From assembly GCA_973895155.1 (NCBI GenBank), contig OZ316897.1, positions 14,135,375-14,199,374 of the forward strand: a stretch of 64,000 nt of DNA. The letters are read 5' to 3'. This document shows, piece by piece, positions 1 through 12,705 of the stretch; the first letter of the stretch is position 1; every line of letters begins with the position of its first letter. Under the pieces are notes generated by a model, which did not search any database, was not told the origin of the DNA, and worked only from the letters and a program-made list of their open reading frames with translations. The position numbers and the translations under genes are program-made. This DNA comes from Marsupella aquatica. Its lineage: Eukaryota > Plantae > Marchantiophyta.

Positions 1-2149
1 CCTGTAAATGCTTGCCTGGTCAGCAGCATTGTTGGAAATGTTGAAAGTACTGTACTTCAGCTGTTTGATGAAAAGGAGAATGACCGACCTAATTGATTAT
101 AATTATTTGTTCAACATCAGCGTACACTAGAGTACTGTAGCTGTCAGAGTCATGGTGCAGTTTATTTTCTCTTAACTTTTTATGAGTCCGCATTGTGGAG
201 ATTTTTAACTAAAATATAGTATCTTCATGCCACATATTGCCACCACGGCAATAACTCTTGGGACAAGTAAGACTTTTTCTGTACTACAGTAGTGACCAAG
301 GCCGTGATTACAACTATGACAGTCAACTGATGTGACCAACAGCAAAGCAGTGGTGTGCCTTGACCAAGTTCCATCGAGAAGGAGGTAACCCAGGTGGGTA
401 GGCCATCTATAATAATTCATTCCAACCTGAAGGCTGCCATTTCTCAGTCCCCATTGGTCTTCATGGGGCATTTCTTTCGTCCTTGGCAAGAAAGAAACTT
501 ACTTAAGACCGGTTCCTTTGTTGGCACCAAACTCACTTAAATCTGATGGAGAATTTCAGTTGGAATTTATTGTCATCTATCTTTTCCTTTTGTACTAAAA
601 TTTGAGATAGAAGTCTACCCATCATGACCTATTCTGAAGAGTCAAGCCATAGGCAGCAAATTGTCTGCGATGTTTATTTTGTTAATAATGTATGTGAATA
701 GGGACTGGTACGGTACAAGAAGCTCTTATGTGCATGTGCACAGGTATTTGGGCTAGTGATTTCTAGCATACTCTGAAGATGTGGCGTAACTAGGGGAGCC
801 AAAAGGGTGCCACAGTGTAAGGTCAATTCCGAGGGGCAATTTTGGGGGTCAAACAGGGGCCCAATAGACTTGAGTGTCACATGGTGAAGGCCCCACATCC
901 ACAGGTAAACTGTGGCATCTCAATTTCCTTCATTGAGGCTCAAACATGATACCTCTGGCTTACGAGCAAGCAAACCCACAGGTGCGCTACATGGTGGGGC
1001 CCGTTTTTGCAGTCGCTCCAGAACTGATGAAATAACTACGTTTAAGACACCAAACTGTGGCTGTTACTTGCCAACAGTTGGCCACAAAGATCACAAAGAT
1101 TCTAATTGAAAGTCTCTCATGTCAAGCATTTTACTAATTTCTATGTGCAAAAGCAGTAGTCCACATTGGACTTGGATGGTTCACAGAACAACCCAAGCCA
1201 AGCTGCACCCCTTAGTTTCTGACCATGGACAGTGCTCGCTCCACTGGGGTTGTGGGGTAAGGTTGGCACACAAATAAATAGACCAGAGTACATGGAATAG
1301 GCTCAAGAGGTCAACAACAAACAACTATTGTAACCATCCAAAATAGTTGTTTCTGTTTTAGCCAAGTTTTATAAACCATAAGTAAAATGTGGTATTTATA
1401 ACAAAGAAATAGATTAAAAGGTATATTTCATTCGAATTTTCTCCCTAAAGTAAGGAAAAGAAATTAGGTGAAGATAGCACGTGGTATCTGAAAAAATACA
1501 TTAAGTTAATTCAGAGTAAATAGTGCCATGCCTTAAGATTACACACAAAGCACAATTGGGATCGAATGTTGCATGAGCTAGCTGGCATTCCCCAATTTGC
1601 CAAACAGGACCAAGCAACCAGTCAAGAGCCTCACTCGACCCACCAAACAATTGCAAAGCAACACAAAGTTACAATCGATCACTGGCATTCCCCAATTTGC
1701 CAAACAGGACCAAGCGACCAATCAGGAGCCCACCACTCACTCAACCCACCAAACAGTTTTAAAGCAACGCTAAGTTACAATCACTGTAACTTAAAGGAAA
1801 GGAAGATCGTGGGCAGTCATCTGGCCATTGAGCTTCATTTGCATCGAATACGATGCCTTTGTTTCAAAGAATGCCATTCCCAAAACCAAAGAGAGTTTCA
1901 TTGAGGATGAATTCGACGTTCTCCTTCCAGTGACGATGTGCCATCAGATGCCACCCTGGATATGCGGAACATACAGTAGTACTCATGGCCGAGAGAATTT
2001 TCGTGAACAAGAGTTGGGCATGGCAGGTCACGGCAAGGCAGGCTCGCACACTTCATGGCAGAGTTCAGAAATCCATTTTGGCCTTTTGGGGAGTTGAGGA
2101 ATGGGGAGACTGTCAGCTTCGTTCCCTGTTGACTCTGACATGGATCAAA

Positions 2150-2560
2150 ACGAGCAGAAACTCGCTGTGCTGTTTACACTTCGATCATCCTCGAGAATGA
2201 TGATGAGAAACGCGCTGTCCATTTTTACTTCGATAATATTATCCTCCGAGAGAATGATGATAAACGCGCTGTGCTGAATTACTTCGATCCTCCTCGAGAA
2301 GAATAATGAGAAACTCCTCGTGCATTTCCTACTTGGATCATCCTCGAGAAAATGATGAGAACCGCGCTGTGCTTTTTTTACTTTGATCATTCTCGAGAAG
2401 GATGACGAGAAACTCGCTGTGCTTTTTTACTTCGATCATTCTCGAGAAGGATGACGAGAAACTCGCTGAGCTTTTTTACCTCGATCATTCTCGAAAAGGA
2501 TGATGAGAAACGCGCTGTGCGTTATTACTTCGATCGCCCTCGAGGAGAATAATGATGTCG
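2150..2560. repeat. Tandem minisatellite, ~49-bp unit, ~8 copies
   Basis: Recurring unit approx. GATGA(C/T)GAGAAAC(G/T)CGCTGTGCTTTTTTACTTCGATCATTCTCGAGAA, read directly from the sequence. Confidence 0.9.
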
Positions 2561-5227
2561 AGCATTCAGTTCCCAAAATAAATATCCATGTGCCCACGAA
2601 CTTGCTGTAAAGTATAGGGGTTTTATTATTCCAGTTCAACAAATCTTCCAGGATACCAACAGCAGCTCCTCGAAGATTGTCAATGGCATCTACCGAATGC
2701 CTACGTTACTACGTACTACAGTAGGTCTTAACTTTTCAGGGATTCGTGTACAGTGTCTCGAGAGTGCAGTGATCGGTTGGGGATCAGATCCCAATCCTGA
2801 TCACGTGTGTTGCGATGCTAGATTTGACCACAAAAGAAAAGACTAAACAAGATAGAAAATGCTTCACTACTCTGACTCTTGAGTCGTTTTCGTTCTTGAG
2901 TAATGACTTCCTATGGTTGTTATAAAGAGAAGATCATCTCCACATATTAAATTTTTGGCACTCCAGATACTCTTATATATTTAGCGCTAGCCATTGTCAA
3001 TGTGTTGCACGACATTGCCCATAGTTACTAATGGTGAGCACAAAATCGTTAGCATAATTGAGATGGCTAGGAGATGGCTAGGTAATTAGAGGTTGCAAGG
3101 ACCTGTGAGTTGGCATGGCAACTGGATTTCAGGGAATGTGTGAGTTGGGGAGAATGACAGGATGGGCATGGAAAAGGTGCGCAATGGTACCTTTAAGTCC
3201 ATCTCATACTTAGGAAAAAATGTCATCACAATCTAACAGACAGGGAGGCTGTCATAACAAACCATGAGAAAGAAATATTGGGATTGTATATTGGACTGTT
3301 TTTATTAGATACCTTACTACTCAGGAGAAACAATGCCAAAGCAGACCCAAACCACAAGCATAATGAGCCAAAGTGGATCAACTAATAACAAGACTCATCC
3401 TAAGTAGAGGGACCTCAAAATCTTTGATTGGTAACAGTGGCAGAGTTTTTTAGTCAATGAAAAATATGCAGCCATAGACAAATCTTTCAGTCTCCATGTG
3501 ACCAAAAAGCTCTTTCGTCACTGACCTGGTATGGACAGTGGATGAGAGCATTAAACAAACGTCCTGAGTGTCATCTAGAATTTGGAGTTCAAGGGTCATT
3601 ACATACTAAAGTCCAAATATCATGGACATGATGGAGGGGCCACATCATCAGGAAAGCAAGAAATCCACGTTTGGGTGAGAGTTCTTATGAGTGTGAGCGT
3701 GACAGAACTTTCACACCCTTATTCTGAAGTTTCCTGATTGACTGCAAATTGAACTCCTCAAAATAAGAGTAAGCTGGTCTTGATAAGAAATAGATAACTA
3801 GTCTGAAATGACTCCTTGCTCTTCCAATTCACATCCGAAAGACGCCAAGTGGAATCCTTCAGTCGTACAACACTGATGCCACTCCAATGCAACGAAGGGT
3901 CAAAATTGACTCCGTTGTCCCCACAACGAAATTCCCAACATAAGTGCTGTTGGTCTGAATTCCATTGAATAAAAGAAGTGATTGCTGAGCAACAACACAT
4001 TCCATAACAATGATTAAATAAATAGAGATAAAGTATGACTTGCATAATGGCAGGAAATTCTGCTCCACTTGACAATGCATGACCTCTTTTTCTCATGCCT
4101 GCTTTTCCAAGTCCATTATTGCACAAGTGAGGGAATATCAACGCGTTCTTTCGTTTCCTTCCCATTTCAGGCATTGGGGATTTTGGTGTTTGGGCTGACT
4201 ACTCGCTCTTTCTGGGGCACTGCTTTTATATACTTTGCTTTATATTTATGCAACTAGAAAACTATTTCAACTGCCTGGATGATTGCTTTCACCTTCATTT
4301 GATTGATTGCTTTACACTCCATTTCATTGTGAATTGCGTGGCATAATTACAAGAAGGCTACATAAAGAAGTACTTCAAATGAGGAGCAGTTTGGCTGCGG
4401 CTGGGTGTCAAGGACAGAGATATGCCACTGGCCAGCGCTTGTATGATAAATGAACCATTACTAACGTAATAAAACTTGAATAGGAAGATGCAGAGGTGGG
4501 AAGGTTGGATTTGGACAAGGCGCCTTTAGGTCACAAATGACATAAAGCATAGAAAGAGATGTTTCCCTGTTAATCCAAAAACCATTTTATTGCAAGCTGA
4601 CAGGTGAAACAAGAGCCACAGCATGGAAGGGAACCAGCAACCAGAGATGGCATATATCACAGTGCCAAAGAAGAAAAAGAGTCAAACCAGGAGTACATAA
4701 TCCCACAGGCAAGAGACCCAATAAAGGAAAGAAAACAAGTTAAAATTCTAGGAAGACCAACGGGAGAGTTTCTAGATCACTATAAAAACAATAAAAATCA
4801 AAATCCCTCAGCTGTAAGTAACTCACCTATGATTACATCTCAGCCACCCTCCAATGACAAATTGCCATCATGGGAAAACCTTCCAGCACTATTATTTAAT
4901 CGTCAATCCTCCAAAAAGGCTTGAGAATGGCAATCTGTGACTAAAATTGTCATGGACCTTTTCTGAGTAAACACATATTTTTGGTTAGACATGGCTGAGA
5001 ATACGAAACACTAGCCTGAATGCCCAGGCTTATTGCATAAATAGATGGTGATGGTCACTTTGTCAGTTTCAATTGCACTACTAACCCTAGTGATGTCCTC
5101 GAGTCACAGTATATAGGTTGCACTCTACCAACTATCTTTATTTTCTTTAAATCAATGAATGCAGTATATTACCACATTTTGATGTGTGATTACGACTGTG
5201 CATGGCGCTCTATTAGACATATAGATT

Positions 5228-5600
5228 GGTCCCTAGCCTACTGCCTGTCCTATGCACATCAATAAACAGTGAGAACAAAAAGGAGCTTATTTCATTTCAC
5301 ACCTGCATGGATGGTACGTTTCTTCCCCTCCCCGGCTAGAGTCCCTAGCCTAATGCCCATCCTTTGGACATCAATAATTAGTGAGAACAAAAAAGCAGCT
5401 CATTTCAGTTCTCGCCTGCATGGATGGCATGGATGGTAACTTTTTTTCCTTCCCTAGCTAGCTTAATGCCCACCCTTCGAGCATCGATAATTAGTGAGAA
5501 CAAGAAGGAACACATTTCACCCACCCGAATAGATGGTACATTTGAGAATTAAAATGAGCTCATTTCGTTCCACACCCCCATACGTTTCTTCCCCTGCATG
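5228..5600. repeat. Degenerate tandem repeat, ~110-bp unit, ~3 copies
   Basis: CCCTAGC...CATC(A/G)ATAA...AGTGAGAACAA...ATGGTAC recurs near 5230, 5343 and 5452. Confidence 0.75.
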
Positions 5601-8600
5601 GCTAGAGTCACGGACCATAGCCCTTTGTTCTAGCTGTCATAGCTTCCCTTTAGACCAAAGCCTTGTAGTCTAGCTTCTCGTGGCCATTAAATAGTTAGAT
5701 AACCAGGTAGAATTTGAGACTCTAGGACAGCTTTGAAAGTAAAGTTCTGGTGACAAATACTTATGATTCTTTTTAGTATTTCCAACGTCTTTACATTTAC
5801 TGTAGCTGTCCCCTTTTTTCTTTGGGGATGAGGGTGGCAGAAAGCCCACCCAAGAATCTACAGTAGGCCACCCAATGGACCCAAAAGATTGACTGGGTGA
5901 AAAACCCTCCACTTTGTGTAGTTGCCAGAAAAAACACATACCTTACTATCGCGCCAGTTAGCGCCGAAAAAATTCAATGATTATTTAAATTTGAATCTGA
6001 CTGGAAAACTATTTGAGGGCTTATGGAAAACTCTCAAGAATTTATGATGCAAGTTTTTAAGAATACTTTAAGCATGGCATGGCACTCTAGAAAAACCCAA
6101 CCAGTAGATAATTTTTTTAATGGAACCAGTTAGAAACTCTTGTAACTTACTGAAGAAATTGCCAAAAATATACGCGTTACCCCCTTTATGCAGCATTGTC
6201 AGATTCAAGTCAATCAATGACTCAATGATTTTCATATGATGCTACCATCTAGGCACGGCTACAAAACATGTGCACCTTTTCTTTACCTTTAGATGCATGA
6301 CTGTTAATGAAACCACATTTCCAGGCATGCATCCCCTGACATCCGAGCAGTTAGGGGAGTTTGTCACCATTTTGGTGGACGTTTTTATTCATGCATCCAT
6401 GACTTCTATAAAGAAATCATTTACCATACTTCACTTAAGTAAAGTTCTCCAAAGAGCCAACAACAATACTTAATTATTTGCCTCGCTTTGTTTCTTTACA
6501 TCTTTCTACGTTGTATCCCATCTCTATGGTATGCCATTTATAATTTAGGGTAACCTTTGCCTTTCAACATCTCTAGTGTCCTGAAATATAACAAAAATAC
6601 AGTACACAAAGAAATATATGGCCGTCTTTGCGGGGTTTCTCTTTTGGGTTTTTCTCAAGGAAGAGTGGTCATAATTTACAAAATGGCCAAACAAAGTATA
6701 CAAGGGAAAGCAAAAGAGGTTCAAAAAGGACAAGCACCAAACACCAAAGAAGAGGCAAACACAACCCCAAACATCTAGAAAGAGAAAGAAAGGAAGAAGT
6801 GAAAAGAGCTATCACATGTAGTGTGTGTAGTTCCTCCATTAGAAGAACATCTTGTATGGCTCATTAAGAGAGATCTAGTAGAGAACAAAACTTTCATAGG
6901 GGTCCTAGTAGGTAACAAAACTTTCATAAGGGCCCATCAAGTAAAAAAGTTCTGCATATACCTCCTTTCTGTGCCATGGGTACGAGTTAGTGTGCATATC
7001 TTAAACAGCGCAACGTGAAATTTCTCCATGGAAAACGGCATTTGTCTAATTTCTGTGTACTTTGTAGATGGCATTGAGGAGTGCAATAAGTCTTTTGTTG
7101 GCCAATACTGTAGGTTTGGTATGAGAGTAATGTCATCTGCAACGAGAGTTGAGGGGAGATAATGATGTGCCAACTAACCCAAAAACCTTCCATGAGGAGA
7201 GTTCATTGAATGAAATGCTCTGGTATCCCAGGGAGCTTGTCATTGTCATTTGAGGCTGCAAGCTTGATCAAAGGCCGTCTGGTTGCTACTCATGAGGGCC
7301 ACAAACTACTGTAGGCATTAAAGTGAGCAAAATAGAGTACTGTAGTTTGTGACTATATGGTAGCTGGCGGGACGGCTTCGAATTGAGTGGTGAATTTGTG
7401 TACAATAGTCATTTTCTGCTTTCGTCAAAGCTGATATGGGTATCAGTACCATGCAAGCAAACAAGACTGTTTTTCCTGTTCTGAGTAAAAAACATTCTTG
7501 CAATACACCTGTCCCTATATTCCGAGTGCTGCAAATGTGGTACTTGTTTTTGAAAAAAAGTTGAATCTGTTTATACTGTGGATTCTCTGAAAAACAATTT
7601 CTCTTCAAGTTTCATTTCACAACAACTTTTCATGCTTGATTGTTTTTTTATTGTACAATTTTAATAATTTTAATTTTTGTCTCGTTCATTATTAAAATTG
7701 TAGAATCAAAATTCACCTAACAGACTGAATTAGTGGATGGTTGTGGCTTGCTAAAGTGTGATATGCATAATTTTAATTTTTGTCTCGTTCATTATTAAAA
7801 TGAAATATCACACTGAATTAGTAGATGGTTGTGGCTTTCTAGTGATTGGATTTGCCTCCCAAGCAATGCCCTCAATTGCAAAATTACTCTTTGCCGTAAG
7901 AAGGAATAACTGAACTACATTCGTTGGAATCTCATTGTGTAAGACCGTGATGGGAAAGTTGTATTGCAGGTTTAGAGTTCATACCTCTTTTAAATTCTAC
8001 ATGTAATTGAGGAGAAGTACCCCCTACCTTAAAGTCATCGCTACTGTAGTAGATGGCAAGTAATTCAGAAACTTGTACTGGGTGTTAAATGCAAAGAGTG
8101 GCCAGTGTTGTGTTGTGTTGTGAATGGCCCATTTACCTAGTCACATTCGTCCACACTTAAGTGCTTGTGAACTCGTGTACTTCATGTCCACTGTTTTATG
8201 GAACAGCTCCTTGCACAGCCACGAAGTCATTTATGTGTCACAGTGGTTGAGTGTTGAGGTATCCTACTGTCGTGCATATGGAAAAACTATTCAGGTCATG
8301 CAGAGGGATCACTCACAAGCATTATTATCACAATTTCAATAAGCTATCTCTCGTTAATATCATCAATTTTCATCACTTTGATTTTATAAATAGGTTCTAT
8401 CCTCTTAGGATGACTGATCAGGCATGCATTAAACCAGATGTTGCACTCTTTGATAAGTGCACAACCATAATAGTGCACTTATCAATAAGTGTGCATAATT
8501 TACATCTCTTTGTTTAATGTGCAAGGGCCATTTCATCACCGAGCGGCCTCGTACTTCATATGCCTGCCCTAAATTCTTTGTCCAGACTCCCTAAGTGCAT

Positions 8601-8768
8601 TTTATCTCTACTAAGAATGGGCATGCATTTATCAGTAAATGTTGTTCGCTTAAAGATAAGTGCAGAGAGACACATATCAAGGGTTAGCGCTTGTAAAGCT
8701 GTCATTTAGCAAAATTTATCCCAGGCCTATGTGCGTTTAGAAAAGATTCACAAAAAGCAGTCACTTCG

Positions 8769-8927
8769 TGTAAAATGAAAAGGAAGAACAGGATGTCCCT
8801 GTAGTAATCAGTTAATGGGCTTATGGAGTGTGTGCTCAGACAGAGCCTACTTGTAAAATGAAAAGCAAGAACTGGATGCCCCTGTACTAATCAGTTAATG
8901 GGCTTATGGAGTGTGTGCTTAGACAGA
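8769..8927. repeat. Tandem duplication, ~83 bp
   Basis: TGTAAAATGAAAAG...TAATCAGTTAATGGGCTTATGGAGTGTGTGCT occurs twice. Confidence 0.85.
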
Positions 8928-9038
8928 GGAGACTGTAGCTATTTTCTATCAATCAATGTTGTGCGGTGGTACTATGTATCAGTACAGATGCCAGGCGAAT
9001 GGATGGCTTCGTGCATGATAACTAGGATACAGCCTACA

Positions 9039-9226
9039 TTGTCACTAAAGATCTTCAAATTTACAACTTTGTCATTGTTTTGATTGTATTCACAAATATG
9101 CCACACTATTAGTTATATGATTTTCCTGGCTATGTTGGTGAACTTGTAGTCCTTATACAAAATGGTGGCATATTTATAAACACAAAAAGTGGCAATATTG
9201 TCAGTTTAAATATCTTTAGTGGGCAA
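9039..9226. mobile_element. Degenerate MITE-like inverted repeat
   Basis: Left arm TTGTCACTAAAGATCTTCAAAT...AAATATGCCAC pairs with right arm GTGGCATATTT...TTTAAATATCTTTAGTGGGCAA; AT-rich and non-coding. Confidence 0.55.
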
Positions 9227-9622
9227 AATATTTGAAAGTTGAATATGGGTTCCTGTAACCACCTAGACTCCCATGCATGTTCCTACTCACGAGCCTATGT
9301 AAACATAAAAGAAACATTGCTGCCACCTATCTTGATTACAGATACCTCTCTTGAGTACTAACCAGGGTTATACATAGGTTTCATTTGTTGGAATTCAATA
9401 GAGAATGCATACTTTCCGGGGTATCACTCTAGGTATATATCCAGTAAATTATTAGGGAGAATAGAGGGGACATATAGAATATACAAACTGGAGGCTGTGC
9501 TGATGCAGAAGGCAGGAGTACTTTATCCCTAATGGGTTCCATTTAAACTACCAGTGTCCCAAAAGTTATGGGAGCACAAAATAGTCACTGCTTTACTTTG
9601 CTAAAACATTATAGATTAGTAA

Positions 9623-12600
9623 TTTTATTTTTTTGTAGTATACACATACTTTTTACAGAAAAAGGCCAAATAGAGTACAAAAGAATAAACAAGAGAGGTC
9701 CCAAGTGGACAAAACCAAACGAAAAAGAAGTGAGCAAGAGGAAACCCTAAAAACCAAGAAAGAGGAACTAAAAGAAGTGAGCAAAAGGAAACCCCTAAAA
9801 ACCAAGAAAGAGGAACTAAAATTACCGCAAATGGACCGAGGTCCTCATCATACCTAGCAAATGTGGCAACAAGCTAGTGGTCTACATCAAGTGTCGAAAC
9901 TAGATCGGCAAGTGGGACAGGAATGTCCTCTAGGGGGGCTAGCCGCTGCGGAGTCACACTAGCACCCACTGTCAGAGATCGACGATAGACGGCCCGAGCT
10001 TGAGCACGCTGTAAGGTGACTGAAATGCGTTGGCAAAAGTGCGTGGTCAAAACAGATAGCGGGGGCCCGGTGGGACCCATCCGGCCGTGAACATCCCGAG
10101 CAGCTTGGCGAAGAAGCCCGTCGAACTGATGATGGAGACGCCCAAATATCTCAAGAGCAAGGGGTAGGAAGCTATCAGATGAAGCTCGTGCAGCATATTT
10201 GGCCTCCTTTGTTGTTGCTGCTCGTGATGTTGCTGCCCCTGCCGTTGTTGCCGCTGTCCCAATGATGTCTTGGCGCAATGGGTTTGCCACCACTACATCT
10301 GCCAAAGTACGGTGACCGTCACGGACCATGGTAAGATCCACCCGTAACCGTTGTGATGGAGGACCAGGTAACTCAAGCACCACCTCCCGCCGCACGCAGA
10401 CCAAAGAGCCAGAGAGAACCTGAGCAGTCGCATCTCTCACAGTGTCGTGAACAAAAATAGTTTCGCCGCCCAAACTGCATCGAAGAAGATGGACACCTGT
10501 GGCATCACAAGGCTTCCCACAAGTGCAAGTAGGAGGTAAACCAGCAAGAAGTGGGTGGGGCAAGCCCATACGAAGACGCATGGCTGTTGCAAACTCCGCT
10601 GAAGACATCCGCAGGTGAGGAATGACTGGATTGGCCTGAAGCCAGCCTCCTGCGCCCTTCCCTCCGGAAGAAAGAATCCGAGCTCGGTCCGTGTCAGGTG
10701 CCTCAGTGAGGATACTGGAAAGGGTGAAAGCGTGCATACGCCCAGCAAGGTCTGCCTGAAGACGGACGGGGTCCAAGGATAAAAACTCCTGGAATGAAGG
10801 TAACGCAACTCGAATAGGATCGGGTAATGATGACCGCGCCGTGCGGAAATGAACCTGAAATGGGAGGGAACCCTCCTCGACCTCCATGAGAGATGAAAGT
10901 AAAAAAGGTTGATCCTCAGTAAGGAAACGATCTGCCAACAATGAGAAGGCGGCCGCCCACGCGCCCAAGAAGGCCAAAGGTGCAAGGCGCTCAGTGGAAG
11001 TAAGCCCAAAACCACCGTGAGAAATAGGAAGATTGAGTTGTCGATGAAGCCACGGAGATGAGAGCAAAGTACCTGGCCCTAAAAGAGAGGCCAAAGTCTC
11101 ACGAATGGAGACATCAAACGCTCGGAGGTGTAGATAAAGATCCTCGGTAGGGGGATGCGTCCGAGCCAAATAGGACGCACGAGGGTGGATGCATCTCAAC
11201 AACAACCCAAATGCTGCCTGAGAGTCTGCTAACTTAGGGAGCATAGGAGTAGGGGCTAAGGCAGCCTGGAGAGCGTCAGCAATGAAAGATGAGCAAAAGG
11301 AGGCGGTACCGACTGGGGAGCCAAGGACCCGAAGACCGTCGGCTGGACATCAGAACCCAGGGGGAAGCGCAAGATCAGAGGGTAACCCAGCTGGACTCCA
11401 TGCACGACTCTTCACCGGCTGAACTCGTAAATCGAGGCCCAACAAATGGGTGGAAAGGGTGACGAGGGCAGAAGTAACAGCAACAGGTGGACCAATGATG
11501 TGGGTGTCATCTGAAAGGGAGGGGAAGATACACTGGGGGTGGGCCGCGGAGGCTTCCCGTAAAGCAGTAAAATGGGCAATGGCAAAAAGAGGCCCACCCA
11601 AAGGGTCACCCTGACGTGTACCTTCTGCAGAAGAAAGAGTAGTATACTCTCCTGTAGAGGTGTGATGACTATAGAAGAGGGGGGCCTCGAACCCATAAAA
11701 ACAACGGACAAAGGGGATAAGGGACTGGATGTCTGGATCCGCTACCCTCAAAGCACGAAAAATTGTTGCCCGAGAAACCGTATTGAAAGCATTGGAGACA
11801 TCAACCTGGAGGACAACCCAATCAGGGTGGAGGTCCAAGGTAGTACGAATACCCGCAACAACTGTCTCACAACCGCCAGGAACGCCCATTGCAAACTGAT
11901 GTGGAGAGAGATGATCCGATAGTGCAGAGCGATACTGCGATGAAAGTGTGCGAGACACCAGACGAAGAAAAACCTCTCCAATAGCTATGGGCCGAACACC
12001 CGGTGAAGACTTAGCCATGGCCAATAAACGAGAAGCACTCAAAAGCCGAGAGACGGGAGGAGGCAAACGGCCGGCAGCAATACACTGGCAAAAGGAGAAG
12101 AAAACTGGAAAACCAGACTGAAGATCCTCAGGGGAGAATAAATCACGAAAATGTTCAAAGACATAGCCAGAGGGGCCACCAGCCGCGCAACGCGGAGCAT
12201 GGAGGAAAGCATAGGTGAAGTGGTCCCTACTAAACTGAAGATCCTCCTCAGGCTCAAAATCCTCCACGAACAAAGGGAGCTGATCATAGGGCTGCGGATG
12301 GAGATCCTGAAGGGCCGTCAAGGTGACCTCGCCAGGGGGGGCTGGTGTGGTGGGAGAAAGGGTCTGGACCGCACGGCGATATTCACCAGCCTGGGCTAAA
12401 CGACAAGAGCGACGAAGACGTCTATGCTTTGGAGGATGAGAGTGGCGAGCTGGGTCAGACAAAGCACGGGTAGTAAAGGAACGGGCCCGAAGAAAGTACT
12501 CTTCCTGAAGCTGTTCCCAATCTCCCCGCAGAAAACGATGGATACGAGTGGCAGTCTCACGATGACCCACGCGACCACCGTGACTAGGGAGGGTAAGAGT

Positions 12601-12705
12601 CCACTGTGGAAAAAGCATGAGTAAAGACCAATAGGAGACCTCGATAGGATGCGCCAAGATAAGCTGCATGAGTTGCAACAAGGATGACCGAACTAATGGT
12701 GACCT
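9623..12705 (-). mobile_element. CRE-clade (RLE-type) non-LTR retrotransposon, 5'-truncated
   Basis: RT-thumb-CCHC-RLE reading frame at 12681-9874, ~240-bp 3' UTR with an internal ~48-bp duplication (9722-9820), and an A-rich tail on the minus strand at ~9623-9634. Boundaries are approximate and no TSD was seen. Confidence 0.85.
9874..12681 (-). pseudogene. Reverse transcriptase plus restriction-like endonuclease ORF, broken by one in-frame TGA at 11350-11352
   Basis: RT motifs VRPIAIGEVFLRL, DVSNAFN, GTRQGDPLGGPLF, SLSDD. Read-through gives GF*CPADGLRVLGSPVG, in frame with the 456-aa ORF. C-terminal CTCGKPCDATGVHLLRC zinc knuckle, HDTVRD, RVD...LADVVVANP...KEAKY and FLPLALEIFGRL are typical of CRE/SLACS/Cnl1-type RLE elements. 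Confidence 0.9.

Noticed and set aside
2150-2560. Regular repeats as a CRISPR-like array
   Set aside because: The units are contiguous with no unique spacers; eukaryotic context and no cas genes.
3758-4174. 138-aa minus-strand ORF
   Set aside because: No recognisable homology and no convincing exon partners.
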